DNA of 64,000 nt from the human T2T-CHM13v2.0 reference genome, Homo sapiens, in assembly GCF_009914755.1 (NCBI RefSeq), contig NC_060940.1; one strand, given 5' to 3'. Below the pieces are notes generated by a model, which worked only from the letters and a program-made list of their open reading frames with translations, ran no database searches and was not told the origin of the DNA. Positions within the stretch are counted from its first letter, which is position 1, and every line of letters starts with the position of its first letter. Below are positions 1 to 46,797 of the stretch, in pieces. A program made the position numbers and the translations under genes.

Positions 1-119
1 ACTTGGGCCCGGGGTGCGGGATGGCGGGCAGAGGTAGCAGGAGCTGAGATCGCAGGCACCATTGCACTACAGCCCGGGCGACAGAGCGAGATTGTCTGAA
101 TCAATCAATCAATCAACAC

Positions 120-178
120 CCTCCCCCTCCCCCTCCCTCTCCCTCTCCCTCCCTCCCTCTCTCTCTCTCTCTCTCTCC
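120..178. repeat. CT-rich simple repeat
   Basis: (CCCT)n/(CT)n after an Alu tail remnant. Confidence 0.9.
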
Positions 179-1162
179 TGTGGCGGTCAGAGTAAAATTG
201 AGAGCTCACTTTATGCAAAAGACTCTGCTAAGTGCTTTATTCCTATTGTCTCACTTTATTCTCTCATTAATCTTATAAAGCGCAGTCAGACTCTCCCGTT
301 TATAGATGGGGAAATTGAGTCTTATAGATGTAAAGTCGCACACCCAAGACCCCACAACTCAGAAAGGGGCTACCTGCAATTCAGATGGAGGTATAGCAAG
401 GCGCAGAGTCCTGTCCAGGGAGCCCACTGTGAGACCCCCCGACTGCCTCGCAGTCACCTGTACACATCATGTTGGGATCGCCGAGGGGCGCTGCAGCGAT
501 CCGGTTTCTGGGGCTGCGTCTGGGTGGCACGTTCAGAACGGGGACCTGCCTGGTTCTTCTTCCCAGCCCTTCCCCTCCAGCACCCGGCAAGGCCCAGTCA
601 ACACGAGCAAACTCGGAAATCCTGGCTGAACCCACGACCGCTGCATATTTCCATTTTAGAAAAACACGGCAACAACAACTCAAACCAAATCGTTCAGAAA
701 TGAGAATAAAGAAGCACCGACAAAGGAGGCGATTGCTGGGGCCGCTCGGGGGAGGAGCCGGGTGAGAGGCTGCAGGGAGGGCAGGGCATGCGCCGGCGAC
801 AACGGGGTTCGCGGTTTGGGGGGCAAGGCCCGGGGGAAGAGAGAGAACAGGGGTGCAGCGCCGCGGCGGGGGGCGTGAGGATGGAGCCGGGGGAAGGGGG
901 GCTCTGAGATGTGAAGGGGCGGGGCTGGGGCTTTTTGGTCTGAAGGAAGGAGTCTCACGGGACGGAGGGACGAAGATTTCCTGGGGTCAGGGGCGCCAAG
1001 GGGCTTCGGGGCCGGATGCAGCGGAGGGGGCCCGGGGCCTGGGGGGCGTGGTGAGAGCTCAGAGGGGTCTCGCCAAGCAGCCGGCTGGCGCTGAGGGGAC
1101 CGAGGAGGGGTCTGGGGCGAAAGGGCCGCGAGAGGGCGCCCAGGGCGCGGGGGGCGCGGTAC

Positions 1163-1270
1163 CTGCAGGCCGGCAAAGTCTTCCAAACCGGTCCCGCCAG
1201 ACCCGCGCGGCCGCCGCCCCCGTCTCGGCCGCCGGAGCTGCTGCCGCGCCGCGCCCTCACGTGACCCGCG
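1163..1270 (-). other. HSDL1: Probable non-coding first exon of HSDL1 (gene continues left of the window)
   Basis: Minus-strand donor CAG|GTACCG at 1163/1162 inside the CpG island. Identity rests on known head-to-head synteny with DNAAF1, not on coding sequence. TSS approximate. Confidence 0.65.
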
Positions 1271-1524
1271 TACGCGCCGGGGGCGGAGCCGTCTCAGACC
1301 CGCCCCCACCCCCCGGCGTCCCCAGCGCGCCGGTCCGTCCCGAGTGCGCGTGCGCAGCGGTTGCCTGGGCGACCGGGGAAGCGTTGGGCTGTAAAGACTA
1401 GGGCGCCAGCGGCTGGCGAAGAAGGAAAGAGGGTACTCTCTTGGCTGGGCTGGGGCCGTAGCGACGTCCGCCGCGAACCTGGGCCCCCCAAAGCTGCGGG
1501 GCGTTCGGTGTCGCCGAAGTAAAC

Positions 1525-33914
<32,390 letters not shown>

Positions 33915-33943
33915 TTTTCCCCAGTTATATGTAGCATAAATGG

Positions 33944-33949
33944 TTTAAT
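33944..33949 (-). terminator. TAF1C: Likely TAF1C poly(A) signal ATTAAA
   Basis: TTTAAT on the + strand, ~1.07 kb past the TAF1C stop, inside the DNAAF1 3'UTR. Confidence 0.7.
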
Positions 33950-35013
33950 CATAAATGTCTCCCTTAGGCATGATAAACATTTTAACACCCACGCGAGTCA
34001 GTGTATGATTGGGCTAGCTCCTGTTTGTGTGAGTCACATGCAATTCCTTTCACCAGCCAACCTGAAAAAAGACCTTTCTCTTACTATGTCATCAGAAACC
34101 AGACAGACCCGGGTCCCTGCAAAATCTCAAGTGAGCATTTTCCCCACAGGAAAACAGAATCTTCCACTGCAGCTAGAGAAACTCCGAGGAAGAGGGACTT
34201 GATGCTTTAGACATCAAAATGAGAAGGGGAGGGAGGAAAGAAAGGGGGGAGTCTGTGAGGCACAACAGAGAATTCCCCCAAACTGACATGACCGTGACCC
34301 TCTGCTCAGAGGGCACTATCGACAGCCCACAGGTGCCAGACCCATGTCCCAAGGGAGAAGGAACATCAGCCATCATCTCTCTGCATGAGCTCAGTGTCAG
34401 GTAGTAGCTGTGGCGGGACGCTGTCCAGCCTAAAAAACGTGACCATTCCAATTCATCTTCAGCTGCCAAGTGTATTTAGTCCCTGAACCTGGATCCAAGG
34501 CATCTCCCTGTAGGAAACATCAGACCGGGGCAGAGATTGACAAAGCAACCCACAACAGCAGCTGCCAACGGCCGCTGTGCCCACCTCATCAGCAGCTCTG
34601 CAGGGGCCTCACTCCACCCTCACCAAACACGAGGAGCCAGCACTCCTGGCCCCCATTCCACTGGACAGGAAGGCGTGAGAACTGAGGGACCTGCCTGAGG
34701 CCCCCACAGCTGAGGCGCAGCGGAGCCCTGCCTCCCAGCACAGACTAAAATCCCAGCAACACAGGCCCACCGGCACCTCCAGCCTGCCTTGCGGGATGAT
34801 CTTCAGGCGAATATACAAAATACAAAAGAAACTACTACTGTATTTTGTTGCCCTGTCCCTTCAACTTGGCTCCAAATTGCTTGGCTCATCATCACAGTGG
34901 CCTCCAGAAGGTGGCGAGCTCTGCTTCTCAAGTTTCAACTGTGGAAGGCACATCTGGTCCCAGAGGAAGGATGAGGGGCTCTCTGGGGCTTGAGGGCAGC
35001 CCACCTTGTGTCC

Positions 35014-35924
35014 TCAGAAGCCCATTCGAGGCTTCTTCCGGAGGGGCTGAGAGCTAGAGAGGACGGGTGTGTGCTGCTGGGAGCGAGTGGCCCGGACGCT
35101 GGAGGCCTGGGAGTGGGGAGGTGTGGTGGCACAGCCTGGGGTGTCCCTCTGGGGTGGTAGCTTGGCCATGTAGTCACGGAGCATCTGCCGCTGCTCTGAT
35201 GGGACGCCCTGGGCGCATGCATCCGGAGTCAACTCCTGGGAGGGCGGGGTCGTGGGGGGCAGGGGCAGAGCATCAGCAGGTGGCCACTCAGGGCTATGAG
35301 GGGAGCTGGTGTCCTCTGAGGGATCCACATGGCCACTGAGCGAAAAGCTGCTGGACAGCTGGGTCCGGCGCTTGGGCCGCCTGGTCTGTCTCCCGGGCTC
35401 CGAGGTCCTGCCCTGCTGCCTCTCCCACCAGGCAGCCCCTCGGCCTGCCCAGGCTTCCCCCAGGCGCTCACTGAGCTTGTCCTCTAGGCCTGACTCGGGT
35501 GCAGGGGGTGGCTCTGCCGCAGGGAGGGAGCCCAGGTCTCTCTGCAGCAGGAGCTGCCCTCGGGCCATGGCCTTGCGGAGCACACCCAGCCGCTGCCCTT
35601 CCTCTTCCTCCCTCCGCAGCTCTGTGCTGCCCAGCATCTGGCGGTGGGTGAAGGTGGGTGCTGTCCACACAGGAGGAGCCAGGGGCACTTTTAGCAGGGC
35701 CTTCAGCCACTGGCTGCAGCCGGCAGTGTCCTGGGAGGTCCAGGAAGCTGTGGGGGCATGGCAGTCAGGTTGGGTGTCGCCAGGAGGCCCAGCATCTCTG
35801 CGGAGGCTGGAGTCCACCTGGGGGCGGAGCTGCTGGTAGAAGACATCTCCCGCCGCCGAGAGCTGGAAGAGCACCAGGCCTGGTGTGGGCGCTGAGGGCA
35901 AGGGCGGGACGACGGCAGCCAGAC
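35014..35924 (-). CDS. TAF1C: TAF1C last exon (coding part)
   Basis: [10 protein letters not shown]...[11 protein letters not shown] at 35016-35014. Confidence 0.97.
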
Positions 35925-38900
35925 CTGGTGACGGGAATGACAATGACCTCCAGGGCCTAGCGGGGGGAGGGGATGTTTTCCACTGCGCCCCCCAAGCTCA
36001 CTCCCCCACCCAGCACACCTATGGTCGGTGCTTTCAGGCGCTCCTGCAGCCGCCACTGGATCTTAGGCTCCAGCAGAGGAAATGCAGGGAGGGAGTCGAT
36101 CCTGGAAGGAAGAGACTGGGGGGGGCCTGCCAGGCGGGGCACCGACGCCCCTTCTCCTGAGGAAGGACAGACAGCTGAGGCCCTGTCCAGGCCCCGACCG
36201 CCCCATCTCCCACACGCCGCCCACCCTGGCCTGGACCCTCACCTGCCAGGTGCAGCAGCTGCAGCTGCCCACCCTGGCCTCCGAGGAGCAGGGGCTGCAC
36301 GCAGCTGGGCCGGGGCGGAGGCAGCAGTCGGGCCAGCAGGAGCGGGGAGGGGAGGCCATGGTTCCACTTCAGCATCGGCACCAGGGGAAGGCGCTCGTCC
36401 ACTAGGTAGAGAGAGAACTGGGGCCCGAGAAGGAAGGGGGATGTGGCCGAACTTGGGAGCTGAGCTGTGTAGTGGCCCTCCAGGCCCCATGTGGCTCTCC
36501 AGGTGAGTGCAGAGCCCTGAGGGGCAGCAGCATCTCCCATCAGCCTCCACGTGCCTCTCAGACTTCACCTGCCAGCCCTGAACAGGTGCCGCTTCCTTCA
36601 CCAATTCTGACCGACAGTCCGGTGGACAGACAGAACAAGTGGGAAAGGGGTGCTCAGAAGAGGTGTGGGGGAGCCTTGCCAGCAGAAACCTGCCTGGCCT
36701 TCTCGCAGCCACCCCCACTCTCCTGACCGGGGAGCCTGTGCTCGAGGCACGCCTACGAATGTCCCCGGGAGGGCGGGTGGAGGACAGACCTGCTTCCTCA
36801 GAGCCCCCGCCTCCTGCACAGCAGAAACTCTCCAGCTCTGCACGGAAGCCCCACCCCGAGGCCCCTCCTCCCCTGCTCCACCCCTGGCTGCACCTCGAAG
36901 CTCTACTAAGGGGAGGCCCTGGGAGAGCTTCCCCACCTGCCTGTTAGCACCGACTGTGGGATCCACTGCGTGTTTGGGCCACAGATTCATCCAGGGTTGA
37001 GTTTGGTTTGCTGGGTGGTTGTCTGGGCCCAGCAGAGCCGCTGGTAAGCAGCAGCCTCTAGTGACCATCTGAGACAGAGCAGAGGTGGGGCGGGGCGGTG
37101 TTGTGTGCCACTCACCTGGGTACAGACGAGATGAAGAGTAGGGGGGAGGCATTTGGGGCTGGAGTGCCCCAGGTACTGGGTAAGCAGGACACGTTCCCCT
37201 TTCTGGCACGAAGCCTCTGCCCCCAAACGAAAAAGCAACAGACCACAGCCCGGCGGGCCCTGGAAGATAAACACAGGGTCAGCCCTCCCCACAGTCCCAG
37301 GCCGGTGACGCTGTCCTCGCCCAGGCCGCAGCCAGCCTGGGACTCACCGCTCTGCGGCCGCTCCCGCAGTCGGGGTGGGTCCTCTGCCGCCAGCCCGTAC
37401 CTGAGTGTCCAGCATCTTCACTCCGGTGCGGTCACCCACGGTCAGCACCCGAGGGTGCGCAGTGAAGTCTGCCCAACGCCACGAAGAGGAGTCCCGGAAC
37501 ACGAGGGTCTCAGGGTCCCTGTAGATTTGCCGCAGCCTTGGGGAGACAGGCAAGCCGTGGGCAGGGGGACAGGCTGATGGGGAAGGGGCTCAAGGGTCGC
37601 GACATGCTCAACAGGGCGGAGTTCAGTTCGTTAGGGTGGGGGGTTTCACAGGAAGCGGCGATACCCATCCTCAGGGCTCCACAGGCAGACGGCTCCCGAG
37701 CGGCTGCAGATGGCCAGCTCCCCGGGCAGGTGAGGGCTACAGGGCAGGAATGCATTCACATCGGGCTGCTCAGCCCTGCCTCCAGCCCCTCCTCACCGAC
37801 CAACCTGACCCCCCTCACCTGAGGCTGATCCCCGTGGCCCCTTTCTCCACCTGCATTGCCTGCAGAAGGGTTGGCTGCCACTGTTTACCAAACTTCCACA
37901 CGGCACAGTGGTAGTCAGAGCGGACGGCCAGCAGAGCTGAGGAGGGATGGAAAGGGCCAGGGGTCAGGTAGCAGGTCAGCCAGTGAGGGAGGAAAGTGTA
38001 TATAAGGGCCTTACTTTCTCCCTGGACGGTGCATGTCACCACTTGCCGGACAGGTCCCTGGAGCTGGATGCGTCCAGGTTTCCCAAGGAATTGGGGATTG
38101 TCACCTGGGGTCAGAACGACCTCTTGGAAATCTGGGCCTCTCACTAAGGATCAGTGCACGAGCTATGATCACTGCAAGCCCCCCAAATTCCTGCCCTTCT
38201 CTGGACCATGCCAAGAGCACCTCCTCTACCAGAGGCGAGCCCGCTGGAATCTCCTGTCTCGCAAGAAAGGATACGCAGCCTGTCCTGGGCGCCTCCAGCA
38301 GGGTAGACCAGCTGCCCGAACTGGGGTGTCCTTCCAGGAACCCAGGCCAGCGCGCCCCCAGTGCAGGCCTCATCCAGAAGCAGCTGCTCCCACCGCAGCA
38401 CCAGCTCCTCGTGCAGCAGCTCTGCCAAGTGGCTCGCCACCGACGTGCCCAGGATGGGGCCCCCGAGGATAGAGAAGCGGCGCTGTCGGTTGCTGAGGTA
38501 AGCCCAGGGACACCTGGGGACCAGAGAACAGCAGGAGGATCACTCGGTGGCACTCAGGGGAGGACAGGTCCCATCCCAAGGAGGCCAAGTGCAGTGGACA
38601 CATTTCTTATTTACCTAGAATTTCTTCCTTTGGGAGACCACCCCATCCTGTTCCCATGCCCCGGAAGCAATCATGTGACCCAGACCTGGCCACCAACAAT
38701 ATTCCATTGCCCTTGCCACAGTGACTGGTTCACAGATGGGTGTGAGACCCAAGCCAAGCCAACCAAAGTCCTTTCTGGGACTTCTGGTGCCGCAGGAAGG
38801 ACACTGGCTCTTTCCTTAGATCATAAGCCATCTTGCTGCTACCTAGAGACAGCCTGTCTAGGGAACTGTGCAGGGAGAGGCAAGTGGACGAGACAGGAAA

Positions 38901-41061
38901 GAGAGACACAGCTCTATGAACATTATTTGAACACCTGGATGCAGCTGTGCCTGAACTCCACAAATGTAAATCTGCTTTCCCCTGAGATGATTTGGAGTTG
39001 GAAGTCTGGTATAAGAAAGTACAGCTCAGACTGCATGGAGCAGGGGGGAAGTGGGTATGACGGAAAGCTGTACGTGCGTCCTAGCACCTCCTACATCCCC
39101 ACCACCAGCTATGCCTATCCATCTCCTCCTTTCTCATCAGCCACTTGCCCCCAGGGCTGGTGTCCACCGAGGTCCTGGAGCAGCTTCTTCACACTGACCA
39201 CTGTCTTCTTCTTAGTGCGGCTCTGCATGGAAAGGCCTTGTCAGGCTCACACACCCTCGAGTTCACCCCTGAAGGACAGCAGGGAGTCCCCACCCCTGGA
39301 GTCACGGGCCACTCACCCCCGCTCCCTCCAGCTTGAAATTCTCCAGCATCAGCTTCCCCAGGGGCGCAAAGGCTACGTCTCCATGATCCAAGAGGAACCG
39401 GCTGATCTGGGGAGAAGAGGAGGCCAGGTCACTAAGCACAGTCTCCAGGCTACGCAGCACTGTCCCCCGTGGGCCCACTCACCTGCTCAGTCACATCCAG
39501 CACGACTCGGGGCCGCTTCCGATACCGGTACCCTCCGCGGAAAAGCAGGTCCCGGGCAGTCAGGCCAGGGTCCCAGGGATCTGAGAAGGAGGTTACGGAA
39601 AGGGCTGGGGAGGGCACAGGAGTGCGGCCAGATGCCCTGGGCGACTGGAGGTATCCAAGGGTCCTGAGCAGGCACAGGCTTAGCAGGGAGAGGAAGGTCT
39701 CAGGAGCGGGAGCAGTGGGAAGAATAGGTGGAGCAGTGTGGAGTGAGCCCGGGGGAATGAGACCCTTACCGATGAGGGGAGGCAGCATGGGGAGAGGCCC
39801 AGGGGTTGCCGGCTCCCACAGCAGGTCCTTGGTCACATGCAGTGCCCCATTCTGAAGGGAGGACAATCGCAAGGACAGTATCATGATGAATGCCCTCCCT
39901 GGGCCAGGCTGTGCACAGGCATTCATCTCTTATCAACTCATCCAATCCTCACAACAATCCTGCGAAGCTGGGATGACTGGCATTGTCATTTTACTGCTGA
40001 AGAAACTGAGGCACACTGCCATTTGCCCCAGAAGACAGAGCCGGTAAAGAGAAGAGCTGGGATGTGAACCCAGGCAGCCTGACCCCAGAGCTCCTGTTTC
40101 CGACCTCCACCTGTGCTGGCTCTCAAAGAAGGAAGCCCCTCATGCCACCAGTGGCTGGTCCACATCTCACGTAACCTCACTTCCATTCAGGAGACCTTGC
40201 AGTCACTCTGGGAGCCCGGCAGGCGGCTCCACCTCCCTTTGCTGGGCTGGCCTGGGATGTTTCGGCCCAGACATTCAGGGGACAAAAGAGCTAGGAAACC
40301 AGACTCCCAGAGGAGCCCCAATTTGACGCCAGACCCTCCCTCGTAAGGATGCCATCCCTGACCCCCGTTCCCCAAGCCTCTGCTCCACTGTCTCTCTTTT
40401 TATTTGCTCACCCACTTGCCTCTGCCAGGCTTCATTCCCAGACAGGGTGTTTCCAAGGGGAACTAGGCGGCTGAGGATTCCAAGCAAAGGGCCAGTGTCC
40501 CTCCAGAGGCAGCAGAAACCCTGCAGGTCTATCCTCCCCTCTCCCAACCCTACTATGCTGTTTCAGCATCCTTCTGCTTTCATTCCAAGCTCTGATCACA
40601 TTTTGTAAACACCTTATCCATTGGATAAAGTTCACTTGTTTATTCTCGCTCAACTCAGCTCTCCGTTCCAGGAAGGGAGGGGTCAACCGACTGATTCAGG
40701 CAGCATTCTCACGGTCTCATAAGGGACCCGGCATAGTGGGGGCATCCGTCTAGGGATGGCAGGGTAGCCCATGTACCCCAGAGGAGGTGGCAGAGCCTGT
40801 GTCTCAGCAGACTCGTGTGAATGCCACCACTCTGTGGCCTTGTCAACTGATGTGAATGTGAGACGGGGGACCCAGGGAAGGGATGTCCCTGGAGCTGCCA
40901 GGGCCCCCTGCCTGCATCCTCACCTCTGAGTTCTGGGGCTGGGCCTCTGGCAGAGTCAGTGCGTCTCGCCAGCTGCACATGAAAGAGAGGTCAGGGACGT
41001 CGCTCAGACCAAGGGGGCCGGTCAGAAACAATGCAGGGCGGAGGGAGCTGGGGAAGTCCAT
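35014..41061 (-). CDS. TAF1C: TATA-box binding protein associated factor, RNA polymerase I subunit C (TAFI110, SL1 complex); 843 aa, or 869 aa with the retained 78-nt intron
   Basis: complement(join(35014-35924,36019-36156,36243-36417,37116-37259,37401-37536,37665-37736,37819-37936,38015-38131,38275-38513,39149-39222,39317-39406,39483-39580,39770-39851,40924-41061)) = 2532 nt. [12 protein letters not shown]...RKKPRMGF*. Confidence 0.97.
36019..36156 (-). CDS. TAF1C: TAF1C exon 14
   Basis: [17 protein letters not shown]...KAPTI. Confidence 0.95.
36243..36417 (-). CDS. TAF1C: TAF1C exon 13
   Basis: [22 protein letters not shown]...LLHLA. Confidence 0.95.
37116..37259 (-). CDS. TAF1C: TAF1C exon 12
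   Basis: [22 protein letters not shown]...LVCTQ. Confidence 0.95.
37401..37536 (-). CDS. TAF1C: TAF1C exon 11
   Basis: [24 protein letters not shown]...MLDTQ. Confidence 0.95.
37665..37736 (-). CDS. TAF1C: TAF1C exon 10
   Basis: [23 protein letters not shown]. Confidence 0.94.
37819..37936 (-). CDS. TAF1C: TAF1C exon 9
   Basis: [38 protein letters not shown]. Confidence 0.95.
38015..38131 (-). CDS. TAF1C: TAF1C exon 8
   Basis: [39 protein letters not shown]. Confidence 0.95.
38275..38513 (-). CDS. TAF1C: TAF1C exon 7 (followed by a U12-type donor)
   Basis: [12 protein letters not shown]...GAQDRL; donor C|GTATCCTTT. Confidence 0.95.
38660..39030. mobile_element. Old ERVL LTR (LTR16/LTR33-like) fragment in TAF1C intron 6
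   Basis: CATGTGACCCAG...GCCACAGTGACTGGTTCA...GAGACCCAAGCC motif. Confidence 0.55.
39149..39222 (-). CDS. TAF1C: TAF1C exon 6 (followed by a GC donor)
   Basis: [24 protein letters not shown]; donor GG|GCAAGT. Confidence 0.93.
39317..39406 (-). CDS. TAF1C: TAF1C exon 5
   Basis: [30 protein letters not shown]. Confidence 0.95.
39483..39580 (-). CDS. TAF1C: TAF1C exon 4
   Basis: [33 protein letters not shown]. Confidence 0.95.
39770..39851 (-). CDS. TAF1C: TAF1C exon 3
   Basis: [27 protein letters not shown]. Confidence 0.95.
40924..41061 (-). CDS. TAF1C: TAF1C first coding exon (exon 2; acceptor ~41133)
   Basis: [46 protein letters not shown]; donor GAG|GTGAG. Confidence 0.96.
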
Positions 41062-41564
41062 CCTGGAAACAAGGACCAAGCACCACACTGGCCACCTCGA
41101 GAGACTGGAAGCTGGTAAGGGGCGCCAGAGTTCCTGAGGAGTGAAAAGTGCACTACGGGAAGCATATGTTCTTTGAGGAAGCAGATAACAAAAAACAAAT
41201 ATGTAGCCCAAGGCCAAGCAGTAGTGAGAACTGTATTAAAGCCAACCACCCGTCCAGGAGAAGGGGATCTGGTAGTGGGCTGAGGGCGTGGTTTCAGCAA
41301 AGCCAGCCAGGAAAAGCCTCGTTGAGAAGGTGGCGTTTGAGCACAGCCTGAACCTAGTGAAGGAGAGAACCATGTACGCAACTGGGAAGAGGGTTCCAGG
41401 CCGAACGGTCAACAACTGTGAAAATCCTAGAGCAGTGAAGTGTGTGAGAAAATGAGGCAGCCAGAGTGAGCGAGGTGGAGAGCGGTGGAGATGGAGTCAG
41501 AAAGACGGCAAGGGGCAGCCTCTCTCCCGGCTCGTAAGTACCGTCATCATACATTTACAGACTA

Positions 41565-42640
<1,076 letters not shown>

Positions 42641-42679
42641 ACAAAAATATTTTCTCTTGGAACCGCATAGCCTGAAACG

Positions 42680-43260
42680 ATCCTAGACAGGCGGAGGGCG
42701 CTGGTGGAGAGCACGACCCCACAAAAGCCCTCAGACAAGGCAGCCTCGACTTCCCCGGCCGGCTTCCCGCCCTCGCTGCGGGCTCTCCAGGACCCTTTAG
42801 ACCTCCAAGGCTACAGAACTCAGTCGGATCCGCAATAACGACAGGCCGGGGACTGCGAAACGTGAGCCTGCCGCGGGGACTGGGGATTGGGGGCGTCCCT
42901 CCCCTCCTACATCTGCGGGTCCGCTCCTCGAACACGCGCAGTCCGCGCGGAGGGGGCGCATGCGTGCACTTACGTGACCCCGGCCTCGTCGTGGTCGTCT
43001 GGAAAATGGGCCTCGGCGTGATGCTCGCCGGACCCTGGCACCACGAGGGAAATCTCAAGTAGAACCCCAGCTTTGGCACTCGGGACGGGTCAGCCCCGCC
43101 GCAGCTACCCACGGTCTTCCGGTTTGGACCGGAAGTGCCTCCTGCGGAGGCAGGAAGTCCCGCCTCCCAGCCAGGCCTCTTAGGGTCCTGGCGCGCCCCC
43201 TCCCGGGAGGAGAGGGAACGGGCGTGCAGGCGGCGCGTGGGCAGCGGAAATAAAGCTCCC
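42680..43260. promoter_or_regulatory. TAF1C CpG-island promoter with ETS/GABP sites and an NRF1-like site
   Basis: CTTCCGG 43116-43122, ACCGGAAGTG 43128-43137, CAGGAAGT 43151-43158, GCGCATGCG ~42956-42964. Confidence 0.85.
42974..43140 (-). other. TAF1C: TAF1C non-coding exon 1 (TSS approximate)
   Basis: Strong donor ACG|GTAAGT-like site (CACGTAAGTG) at 42974/42973 inside the CpG island. Confidence 0.75.
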
Positions 43261-43516
43261 TTGAGTCCCAATAGTGGAGGCCGGGTGGATTTAGGTTCGA
43301 ATCCCACATCTACTTCACCAATTTCCTCAGAGTTGTATTAAATTAATCATTTAACGAACTCCCACAGAACACCTACTATAAGCCAGACCTGTATTGGTCA
43401 GTAGGTATCCTACTGATTGTCCTTAAATCCCAAGAAGCGGGCTTTACAAATAAGGGTACAAATACCTACTAAGAGTGAAGCTTTTCCAGGGGTGGTCAGG
43501 CAGGGAGAGCTTTAGG

Positions 43517-45625
<2,109 letters not shown>

Positions 45626-46434
45626 TTTTTTCTAAAAAGAAAATTCCCTGGTGCCACTTCCCAGTCAATACTTCCTTCAAGAAGGAACCACTATTTGGAC
45701 TCTTATCACCACAGATTAGTTTTGCCAGTTCAAGAACTTTACATAAGTGGAATCATGGAGAGGATGTGTCTGGCTTCTTCCACGCCATGTGCCTAATAGA
45801 TTCACCTGTGTTGTGTACGCAGCTGTTGGTTCCTTTTTAAATTAGTGAGTCGTGTTCCATTGTATGAATATACCATTGATTTGTTCACGCAACCTCCTGT
45901 TGGTGAGCGTTTGGGGCGTTACTGGGTTTGATGACTTTGTGGAAGTCTCTCTGTGGATATGTGCAGCCCTCAGTCCATTTCTGGACATCTGCTGTGCTGT
46001 CCCTTCACTCTCCTGGGCCTCATCCCACTCTCTGGGCTGCACACACACACAAAATGGAATTGTTCTTCCTGATGTCAATTCTTGACATGTTGGGGAGGCT
46101 GACTACCCAGCCCACCACACCTGCTTCTTCCAAGTCAAAGGTTCTGGGAGGACTCCACCACCTGGTCCTCATATGCCCCAGCATCCTCACTGTCACAATC
46201 CTGGAGAGAGCTGCCAGGCCCAGCTTCAGCAGCAGCAGCAGCAAGCACTGTGACAAATCTTACAGACACTGGTCATGCTTTCCCAAGTTAGTGGCTACTG
46301 TAAGACTCCGTTAAACTTGCAGCCTCCTTCAAGCAAATACGCGTTGCATCACAGTAAGCCTTGTGTAAATTGTCTTCATCCCTGTCTTTATCTTATTTTT
46401 CCTATGTCTCTTGATCTCTAGCTCTTCACTTTAA

Positions 46435-46797
<363 letters not shown>

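Noticed and set aside
62-703. 213-aa + strand ORF
   Set aside because: Non-ATG start inside an Alu remnant, then runs through a CT microsatellite and a MIR-like segment.
37659-37664. TAF1C intron 10 donor GTATCG as a second U12 site
   Set aside because: It diverges from GTATCCTT at +6 to +8, and I see no U12 branch motif.
46227-46243. (CAG)5 tract
   Set aside because: Short and intergenic, with no supported coding context.
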